Assembly (NCBI GenBank): GCA_008632985.1
Contig: QPGO01000032.1
Coordinates: 617,330 to 639,577, forward strand
Source of the DNA: Psammoneis japonica
Taxonomy: Eukaryota
Direction of reading: 5' to 3'
Length of the DNA: 22,248 nucleotides
The first letter of the stretch is position 1; the number at the start of each line of letters is the position of its first letter. Positions 10,501 to 18,809 of the stretch are shown here, in pieces. The notes beneath the pieces were generated by a model. It saw only the letters and a program-made list of their open reading frames with translations, searched no databases and was not told the origin of the DNA. The translations under genes and the position numbers were made by a program.

Positions 10501-13040
10501 ACGCCCCTCGAGACTCTCACTGGCTCCACCCCGGACATCAGCCCATTGCTTCGCTTTCACTGGTGGGAACCCGTGTGCTTCCACCTCGATGACTCCGATT
10601 GGCCGCCCGAATCCCGTGAGTTGCGTGGACGCTTCGTTGGCATTGCTGAGCACGTCGGCCACCAGATGACCTTCAAGATTCTCTCTAACGAGACTCAGAA
10701 GATCCTCTGCCGGTCCAACGTCCACTCCGCTGCCACCGATCCTGCCGTTCGAAACCTGCGTCTTGATCCTCCTGATGGGGAGCCACCTGAACCCATCATC
10801 AAATCTCGCCATGATGACAACCCCGTCGATTCTCCTGATGGGGAGATCAGGACACCCAAGATGCCAGTTTTTGATCCGCAAGACATCATTGGACGCACCT
10901 TCCTCATGCAGCCACAAGAGGACGGACAACGCCACAGAGCTCGCATCGTCAAGGCCGTCGAAGACCACGAATGGAAAGTGAACGGCAATCCCGAGCTCAC
11001 TAAGTTCGTCTGCTCTGTCAACAATGACGAACACGAGGAAGTCCTTGCCTGCAATGACATCATGAATCACATTGAGCAAGAAGACGAAGACACTGCCATT
11101 TGGAAATTTCGATGCATCGTGTCACACGAAGGACCTCTGAAGCCTCACGACCCAACCTGGAAAGGCTCAAGCTACAACATCATGCTTGAATGGGAAAGTG
11201 GGGAGATCACGTCCGAGCCTCTTGCCATCATCGCCAAGGACGACCCCATCACCTGCGCCATCTGTGCATGAGAGAACGGGCTCCTCGACACGGATGGCTG
11301 GAAGCGGTTCCGCACCATCGCGAGGCGCCAAAAGAAGCTGTTTCGCATGGCCAACCAAGCCAAGCTTCGCTCCTTCCGCACTGCACCTCACTGCAAGTGT
11401 GGATGCGAAGTTCCCCGGAACTGCAAACACGCCATGTCACTAGATGAATGCAACGGCAACCGCAAATGGGGAGACGCAACTAATCTCGAGATGGACCAAC
11501 TCGACGAATACAAAGTCTTCCATGACTGCGGGCCCTTTGAGTCTTCCACTCCTCCTGCGGGACACAAGAAGATCCGAGTGCACCTGGTGTACGACGTGAC
11601 GACGGACACCTCACGGATGCACCCATCGACAGTGTCTGCTCCGGAGCAGTCTCCCTCCATGGCCTTCGGCTGATGATTTTCCTGGCCGAACTCAACGAGT
11701 TGGAGACATGGGCCACCGACATTGGCAATGCCTGCCTTGAAGCCACCACCAAGGAGAAGCTTTACATTGCAGCCAGACCCGAATTTGGCAAACTCGAAGG
11801 ACACATCCTTGTCATCCACAAGGCCCTGTGTGGACTGCGCAGCTCCGGTCTCCGCTGGCATGAGCGCTTCGCCGACTGCCTGCGAGCTGAAGGCTTCTTC
11901 CCCTGCCGCGCCGAACCCGACATTTGGATGTGCAGGAACGGCGACCACTGTGAATGCATTGCCGTTTATGTGGATGACCTCGCCATTGCCATGAAGGACC
12001 CTCAATCTTTCGTCGACACTCTCACGGAAAAGTGCAAGTTCAAGCTCAAGGGTGCGGGACCCATTGAATTCCATCTGGGTTGCGACTTTTCCCGGGATCC
12101 CGACGGAACCTTGTGCCTGTCTCCGCGCAAGTACATCGAGCGCATGGTCGACAGCTGCGCCCGACTGTTTGGGGAGAAACCTGCCACCAACGCCCTGTCA
12201 CCTCTGGAGAAGGGTGACCACCCCGAACTGGACACTTCCGAACTGCTGGGACCCGATGGCATTCACAAGTTCCAGTCTCTTGTTGGTTCACTCCAATGGG
12301 CAGTGTCCCTTGGTCGAATTGACATCACCATGGCCGTCATGTCACTCTCTAGCTTCTGAGCTGCGCCCCGTCAAGGCCACTTGGATCGTGCCAAACGCGT
12401 CTGTGGGCACCTCTCCAAGATGCGACACGGTGCTCTCCGCGTTCGCACGGAAGAGCCCGACTGTTCGGATCTCCCTGCTCCGGCCTGTGAATGGATGCAT
12501 TCCGTGTGCGGCGAAGCAGAAGAGATGATCCCGAAGGACGCTCCACCGCCCCTTGGCAAGTTCGTCACTGCCACCCACTGTGTCGATGCAAACTTGCACC
12601 ATTGCATGCTCACCGGACGCTCTGTCATGGGAATGCTCCACTTCCTCAACAAATTCCCGGCTGATTGGTTCTCTAAGAAGCAAGCCACCGTGGAGACTGC
12701 AACCTGCGGGTCTGAATTTGTTGCCGCAAGGACTTGTGTCGAGCAGATTGTTGACCTGCGCATCACCCTGCGCTGCCTTGGCGTCCCGATCCGCAATGTC
12801 AGTTGCATGTTCGGTGACAACAAGTCGGTTGTAGACAGTGCCACCATCCCGCACTCCAAGTTGCACAAGCGACACACCGCACTGTCGTTCCACCGTGTGC
12901 GTGAGGCAATTGCCTCTGGTTGCCTTGAGCTCCACTTCATCGAAGGCTCCCGCAACCCTGCTGACATCCTCAGCAAGCATTGGGGTTGCTCCCAAATCTG
13001 GGACCTTCTCCGCCCCCTCATGTTCTGGAACTTCATTTCA
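7519..13040 (+). pseudogene. gag-pol polyprotein pseudogene (Gag, protease, integrase, chromo-like segment, RT, RNase H); 3' end approximate
   Basis: ATG 7519; Gag DFKRGIKRD; PR LVDRGANGG (~9190); IN VATDT / GDRAQVE / QNFAERR (~10070-10370); RT KALCGL and YVDD (11967-11978); RH VDANL, GSEFVAA, GDNKSV, NPADILSK. Lesions: TGA 11269-11271, frameshifting deletion at 11599/11600, TGA 12357-12359. Confidence 0.95.
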
Positions 13041-13080
13041 TCCGAAGTCGAATCTGTTTCTGTGACTCCTCAAGCAAACT

Positions 13081-13086
13081 GGGGAG
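13081..13086 (+). promoter_or_regulatory. Short polypurine tract (GGGGAG)
   Basis: Abuts the TG start of the 3' LTR. Confidence 0.65.
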
Positions 13087-13362
13087 TGACAGGATTTGAA
13101 CAGGATTTGGGTGCGCGCGAAATGTCGCGCGCTGTTTAGTTCACCGCACACAGTTTTGTGTGCTTTAGTTCCGCGCGTTCGCGCGCGATGCAGTTTGCTT
13201 TCGAGCCACAAGGCTCACAAGAACAACAACAGTGGCCCGATTGTGCCGACTTGCACGTCTTTCGGCTCCTGTGATGGTCTCTGAGCGGAGACTCATCTGC
13301 TGTTTAGACAGCAGCAAGGAGTTGTTGTTTGAATTCTTGCCATTTGCCTTCAATTTCTGTCA
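13087..13362 (+). repeat. 3' LTR (276 bp, TGACAG...CTGTCA)
   Basis: Canonical TG...CA ends with a 6-bp terminal inverted repeat, followed by TSD CCCCA. Confidence 0.96.
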
Positions 13363-13679
13363 CCCCACATGTCCAGAAATTCCTTTGCGGCCTGCACAAG
13401 CTGCGTGTGACTGGCAAACTGTCGGCCGATGGGGAACAGCAGAGCAGCCTTTTGCTCGAAAGCTGTTTTGCAACGCTCGTTGTCTCTGTCACGACTCATC
13501 TCCCCATTGGAAGGAGCGTGATTTCGCATCTCATCCTCCAAGCCAGTGGTGACCCAGTTTTTGCCTTGCAGTTCCTTGCTTTGTAGCTTGAGCTCGTCAT
13601 GCGACGTGGTGTCCGCACCGCATTGATCGAGCCAGCAAGGCTCGTACAACGTTTTGCTCGTCCCAGCAACACCACTCAT
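13363..13679 (-). pseudogene. MULE transposase, N-terminal part
   Basis: ATG at 13679 (MSGVAG...FPIGRQFAS..LVQAAKEFLDMWG). Removing the copia plus one TSD gives atg tgg ggg gcc atg ggc gtg (MWGAMGV), in frame with ORF 5131..6294. Confidence 0.85.
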
Positions 13680-13938
13680 TGTTGTGTTGGTTGGCAAGCA
13701 AAGCTTGCAGCAACAAGAAAAACAAGAGTGAGACAGTGCCTTGTCCATCGTGACAAAATGTGGCCGATCTCAAAACTCACCAACACCTTTTCATTGTTGT
13801 TGGATTCAGTGCTCACTTGTGTGGTGACGGCAGGGACCATGTCCTTCACGGCTGGAGGGGAGAATGTCTTGATGATGCAAGCAAGCACAGGGGGAGTAAA
13901 TTGTGAGATTGCTTTTTACAAAACAAAACTAAGTCTGG

Positions 13939-14818
13939 TCAAGCACAACAACACACCTTTCCTTTTGCACTTGATGGACTTAAATGTTCACAATGGCCGC
14001 CACCGTCATGGGTTGTGGTGATGGAATTGGCTGGAGGAGACAGCCAAGTGTCTCTTACAAATGACAACTGCACTTTTCCATTGGAACAATGGCATGTGGC
14101 CGTGTTTTTGTTGCTTCCCATTCCACAGCAGACAATCAATCGCTCATGCTTGAGAGCGACAATGGTGCTGCACACGTTTGCATCACACCAATGACGTTTG
14201 CCACAACCAGAATTGAAGTCAACCCCGAGCAAGCAGTTTTAGAAATCGAGCTTTCCGGCTTGCACCAGTGTCATGCTCGTTCCTGTGGTCGACAACAAAT
14301 TCCGCGATGACTTTCCCGTCACATGCAACCGCCAAGAGACCTCTGTCCTCACCTGCACCATCATCCAAGGGCAGACCGCACAAGCCCTCAAAGTTCTGTG
14401 CAGCAAAACCATGTGTGTGTTTTCGGAAACCAGTCATGTCCTTGTTGTGGGTGCCTTTTTTGATTGAGCTGGCCTCCTCCAGTCCCTTCAGCACAGCGCA
14501 GTGTCCCCAGTTGCCGTCAGCAGGGACAGCAACAGAGCGACCGATTTTTGCCAGGTCGGCAACATGCTCAAGGCCAAGCGTGGACGTCAGAGAAAAGTCA
14601 GGTGTTTTTTCAAGAGTGATGACAACAGAGTCATCATCCAGTGAGCAGCAGCCGGGTTCGACTTTGGCCTGCTTGCGGTCGGCATCGTCATCCAATGAGC
14701 AGCCGGGTTCGGCGTTGTCATCGACGACAGCCAACGCCTTCATGTTGCTCTCATAAAACACTTCATGATGAGGGCTCACGTGAATCTTGTGAGGGTCGTG
14801 AAGGAGCCGCATGGTCAT
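13939..14818 (-). pseudogene. OTU-like cysteine protease (deubiquitinase-like) pseudogene carried by the MULE; frameshift near 14225
   Basis: VAVPADGNWGHCAV resembles the OTU Cys box (VxxDGNCxYxA) with C->W. Downstream, in a shifted frame, HW.DAN and HDGGGHCEHL resemble the Trp motif and His box (GHYxxL). Start and end are uncertain. Confidence 0.6.
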
Positions 14819-14836
14819 GGTGTGGTGCTGAGCTGC

Positions 14837-14874
14837 CTTGAGGGTCGTCTTGAGGGTCGTCTTGAGGGTCGTCT
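14837..14874. repeat. 3 x 12-bp tandem repeat CTTGAGGGTCGT
   Basis: Three exact copies. Confidence 0.95.
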
Positions 14875-14994
14875 GACAGAGCAGAAATGTGTTGCTGTGC
14901 TGCCAGCATGGGCAAGAGACACTGCAATCTACCAGCAGAATCTCAGGGCACGAACAAAATGGCAAAGCACCGCCACACAACAGCGCAACCAATG

Positions 14995-15499
14995 CACTCG
15001 TTGATGCCAGCGGATTTGAGTCTTCAGCAAGTGACTCTCGCATCGTCGACGCCTCGTCGCCACAAAGTGTGGTCTTCTGACGACAACCCCAAATTGTCAA
15101 GGTGCAAGTCGTTCCCGACAACGACCCAAAATTGTTCAGGTCGTGTCTCAAACCGCCTTTGCAGATTAGAAGGCAACTCAACTAGAGTCAAAAACAAGAC
15201 TGCACCGTGGACGACTCGAGAGACTCCAGCGCAAATCAGCTGAAATGCTCGTTGACGCCAGCAGATTTGAGTCTTTGGCAAGTGACTCTCGCATCGTTGA
15301 TGCCTCGTTGCCACAAAGTGTGGTCTTCTGACGACAACCCCAAATTGTCAAGGTGCAAGTCGCTCCCGACAACGACCCAAAATTGTTCAGGTCGTGTCTC
15401 AAACCGCCTTTGCAGATCAGAAGGCAACTCAACTGGAGCCACCAAAAACAAGACAACACCGTGGACGACTCGAGAGACTGCAACGCAAATCAATTGAAA
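14995..15499. repeat. Head-to-tail ~250-bp tandem duplication (14995-15245, 15246-15499)
   Basis: Copies align end to end with mostly transition differences and one 3-bp indel. Confidence 0.95.
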
Positions 15500-15711
15500 C
15501 AAAAAGTGTGACAATCGTGAGGTGCCGCCGTAAAGCGGCGCGCCACAGAGGACGACGGTTGAAGACAGTCGAAGATGCAGACGTCACATGCAGACAATGA
15601 CCGGGGCTGAGGTGTTCACTCAAGTGATGGACTTTGTTCCAGTGCTCGGACAGCCGTTGATGTTGTGATGTGGCAGTTCGCATGTGACGCCAAGACATTT
15701 AACGAAATTTC

Positions 15712-15752
15712 CGTGGTGAGGATTTGGTGAGGATCTCTGTGGTGAGGAATTA
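15712..15752 (-). repeat. Right terminal inverted repeat
   Basis: CGTGGTGAGGATTTGGTGAGGATCTCTGTGGTGAGGAATTA. Confidence 0.92.
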
Positions 15753-16230
15753 CAGGCCTCGCTGATCCAATCGGCAGCGCGCAGCTCACACATCTATGTA
15801 GTGTTTATTGTTTCACTTAATACTTTCGGCAGTTTGTAATGTTCACGAATGGTAATAATATTATTTGGTACAATTGACCGTAAATGTAGTGTTTATTATT
15901 TTCATAAATAAAATCCTTAAGACATGTAGACACGTTGGATATTTTACTACATAGGTTGCTGACATCAAATTTTCAAGACGATACGTAGAAAGACAGTATG
16001 ATGTATCAAGAAAGACATATATGACGTCAATGATGACGTAAGTTCAACAAACACTAAATGTTCGAATAAAAGTTACGAAAAATGCGTTTGTCACAAATCT
16101 TCGCCGATAATGTCTAACGGATAAGTAATCGTAGCAACAATAAATACTAAACACTAGATCGGCGACCCCTGTATGTAGTAACTCTCTCTATTTTGCTGTC
16201 GTCGGCATCGTCTCGGCAACGATGTGAAAA

Positions 16231-17094
16231 ATGCGTGGAATGCGTTCAATGTACGCGACGAATCAATCTGCTCGTGCGACAACAGACGATTTTCAAAATA
16301 GCAGCGCGCTACGGTATGCCGCAGAGGACACCATGGCCAATAGGGCCCTACACACAATGGCGTCATCAAGCGACGACAATCACGAAAAGAGCCATGAAAC
16401 AAAGGTATCTGATGCTCAAAAGGCCTTGTGGACGGTTCTCAAAGATGGCTCAGTAAATGTCATGAAAGAAGCGCGAACCGCATGGAAAGGAACCGAGAAA
16501 GATGACTACAAGTACGAACAAGCCGCAATTCGTCTGGCTTACCAACCCATCATGTGGGGAGTTGGGTGCGCCTTTCTTTCGTTCTTTAGCTTTCGTTTGG
16601 GTAGTAGCAAGTGGATGCAGCGATATCGACAAACTGGCTCATTTCTTGGGAGCACACGATCCAGTTATCCAGGAACGCCTGCTCAAACAGCACAGAAGAA
16701 TCCGGGTCAGTTTCAGAGTTTCTTAGAGAAGAAACAGAAAGCACAAAGAGAAGCTCTAAACCAAGCGCTATCGATTCCCACCGACTTGTTACTAAGTATC
16801 TTGATTGGAACGTCGGTAGGAATATTTTTGACTGATCAACAAGAGCTAAAACAAAATGTAGAGCGGATTCCTCTACTGCCAGGAAAGAGCCTTGTATCAA
16901 AGCACGTTTGCCGACCCCTCATTGCAGAGTATGAAAAGTTGGAGCCAGATATTGAATCTGATCCTTCCCTAGCTATGTTTACCGGGCTGGTCCGCAACTG
17001 TCGCAAACGACAAGAATACGAATCAAGACTGGCGCAATCATCATCATATGATGTGGATCAGGTTTCGATTCCTTTTCCTGGTGTACCAAGCTGA
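16231..17094 (+). CDS. Hypothetical membrane protein (two hydrophobic segments); the true start may be a downstream Met
   Basis: 287-aa ORF of normal composition; TM-like IMWGVGCAFLSFFSF and LLLSILIGTSVGIFL. Confidence 0.75.
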   Translation: MRGMRSMYATNQSARATTDDFQNSSALRYAAEDTMANRALHTMASSSDDNHEKSHETKVSDAQKALWTVLKDGSVNVMKEARTAWKGTEKDDYKYEQAAIRLAYQPIMWGVGCAFLSFFSFRLGSSKWMQRYRQTGSFLGSTRSSYPGTPAQTAQKNPGQFQSFLEKKQKAQREALNQALSIPTDLLLSILIGTSVGIFLTDQQELKQNVERIPLLPGKSLVSKHVCRPLIAEYEKLEPDIESDPSLAMFTGLVRNCRKRQEYESRLAQSSSYDVDQVSIPFPGVPS

Positions 17095-17486
17095 TGCAGC
17101 CACACTAGAAAGAGTTTCTCTATGTTTAACGTCCGTTTGCTGTGTTATCTTGCAAAGCAGCGCCAGAATACTGCTTAATGACCTACTCTCTTTTTGTTTC
17201 AGTCCTGTGCTTTTCATCCAGAGTTCATACTAAGGGAGAACGACTTTTTCTAACCGGTAGCTAGAGTACGATAGCCACCGTTTCATACAGCTTACCATAC
17301 GACGTAGAAAGCCAGAAGATTGGTCGGCATGATACTAGATCAAACTCGACTTGCAAAGAAGAAAGCGAAGCTGAAGTAAGCCGTCGGCATTTCAAAATGG
17401 TCAAAGCTACCCACGAAGCGTTCACCTCATCCACATGCTAGCAATGGCAATGACTTGTTCCCAAGAGAGTGTCGTGAAAGCAAGTA

Positions 17487-18809
17487 TCACTTTTGACATT
17501 GAGGACTCAATTTCCCAACAATATCCTTTCCGTGGACAAGACCCTCCTTGTCTGCTTCTTGTATAGCATCCCACAATTTGAAATCCATCCAATATGCTTG
17601 TCTCACCTGCTCCATCAGTTCTGGGGTGTAGTACTCGTCCATTTTCTTTTGAGAGTCTTTGTGATGACTATAAGTATCCATTCCTCCCTCGAGTTGTTGA
17701 AATCCTGGCGCTTCGCCCGCTAACCAAGAATTCAAATCCGGAGGCGGAATTGCAGCATTGGATCGAAGTCTACTATCGTGCGATACGCGATAGTGCTTCC
17801 CGAACGACTCCCACATGCTTACATTTTGTAGCAACGCTTTTGTATGATGAGCCGCACGATCAAGGATACCAATGTATTCAAATTGGGGCATAAATTCAGA
17901 TAGTCCACAAGACCACGCTTGAGGCCTCCAATGGGGGTCGGTGTACCAAGTGAGACCGCTACCCTTGTCGTTTTCATTTCGATTAGACACATATGCTACA
18001 AACTCTGCAAATGTTGCATTCTTTCCCTTCATCTTTCTTGGTTTGTTCTTTATCTTGTCCAGATATGCCGACAGTAAACGTTCCGCAGGATTTCGAATAA
18101 AGACAGCCTTGGTCCAGTTTTGCCATACTTGCTCCTGCAAGATTCGAGTAGTGCGGTCAAAGAATAATCGGCCAGTATCAGGCTTTTGATGTGGAAACGA
18201 TTGATAGTCTTTGGATCCAATTGTAAAGCGTAGAAACTGTAGCCATTGGGTAAAGCCGGCCTTTGGTATACCGCAAAAGGCCAGCTTGCCTTGGGGAAAC
18301 AAAATCATGCGGTCAAACCGCCCAGAGCCTCCTTCCATCGTATACAAACTACATCCCAATGGAAACGATTCAAGTAGGACGCTGAAATTGGATCCATCCG
18401 CTTGACACCAATTTACAGAAGGAGTTAGAGCAGCATTGGCGATTGTACAGCTCTCTTTGTGATGATTCAGTTCCTCTCGCGTTTGCGGCCTCCAGTAAGC
18501 AAACGTGGCAGCCTCTTGCTCCGAAGAGAATGGATAGATGGAATTGTTGCACCCCTTTTCTGTAAAGCAAGTACTGAAGAATGATGCTTTTTTGCCATCA
18601 CAGCAGCCGTAAAACGTGACAGGCTTCAGAGCATCCGGAAGATCTCGCGGAGCACTGAACGTTCCTATGGAGTGAAGGAAACCGTGATGATTGGAGTTCG
18701 TCTGTGAGTTCAGAAGAATCCACTGGCCGACGCATGATAACGCTATCAGTGTAAATAAAATACAACGCCATGAGGCGAACGGGGAATTCGTCTCCCGTCG
18801 TGGCGCCAT
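17487..18809 (-). CDS. Golgi-type carbohydrate sulfotransferase (Sulfotransfer_2 / HNK-1ST-CHST8-14-like)
   Basis: N-terminal anchor; 5'-PSB motif FCGIPKAGFTQW; 3'-PB motif FIRNPAERLLSAYLDK; DPHWRPQ; C-terminal YWMDFKLW. Confidence 0.92.
   Translation of the reverse strand: MAPRRETNSPFASWRCILFTLIALSCVGQWILLNSQTNSNHHGFLHSIGTFSAPRDLPDALKPVTFYGCCDGKKASFFSTCFTEKGCNNSIYPFSSEQEAATFAYWRPQTREELNHHKESCTIANAALTPSVNWCQADGSNFSVLLESFPLGCSLYTMEGGSGRFDRMILFPQGKLAFCGIPKAGFTQWLQFLRFTIGSKDYQSFPHQKPDTGRLFFDRTTRILQEQVWQNWTKAVFIRNPAERLLSAYLDKIKNKPRKMKGKNATFAEFVAYVSNRNENDKGSGLTWYTDPHWRPQAWSCGLSEFMPQFEYIGILDRAAHHTKALLQNVSMWESFGKHYRVSHDSRLRSNAAIPPPDLNSWLAGEAPGFQQLEGGMDTYSHHKDSQKKMDEYYTPELMEQVRQAYWMDFKLWDAIQEADKEGLVHGKDIVGKLSPQCQK

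Larger units (their letters stand above)
6304..13362 (+). mobile_element. Full-length Ty1/copia LTR retrotransposon (diatom CoDi-like), inactivated
   Basis: Two 276-bp LTRs; 5-bp TSD CCCCA (6299-6303, 13363-13367); domain order gag-PR-IN-RT-RH is the copia order. Confidence 0.96.
2217..15752 (-). mobile_element. Mutator-like (MULE) DNA transposon, defective, ~6.1 kb without its two nested insertions
   Basis: 41-bp terminal inverted repeats (39/41 identical) enclose a MULE transposase pseudogene and an OTU-like pseudogene, both on the minus strand. TpA depletion ends at the right TIR. Confidence 0.85.

Noticed and set aside
7489..11271. Cys/His richness suggesting a novel metal-binding protein or an alternative genetic code
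   Set aside because: The Cys/His sit at conserved Tyr positions and arise from DNA changes. Non-coding LTRs show the same changes, and host genes use TAY normally.
7718..13065. Many long antisense or alternate-frame ORFs over gag-pol
   Set aside because: No motifs; explained by loss of TAA/TAG through TpA depletion.
13040..13139. RNase H ORF running into the 3' LTR as a genuine extension
   Set aside because: Probably a lost TAA/TAG stop; no recognisable motif.
6304..13362. Classical RIP or pure CpG deamination as the cause of LTR divergence
   Set aside because: C->T processes would enrich TpA or deplete CpG. Here TpA is lost and CGCGCG tracts persist; CpG decay is only a minor component.
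6304..13362. ADAR/APOBEC editing or RT error during retrotransposition
   Set aside because: Changes occur on both strands, differ between the two LTRs, and also affect a DNA transposon and a MITE.
14819..15181. N-terminal 121 aa of ORF 14219..15181
   Set aside because: Runs through the 250-bp duplication and the 12-bp repeat; probably non-coding sequence opened by stop loss.
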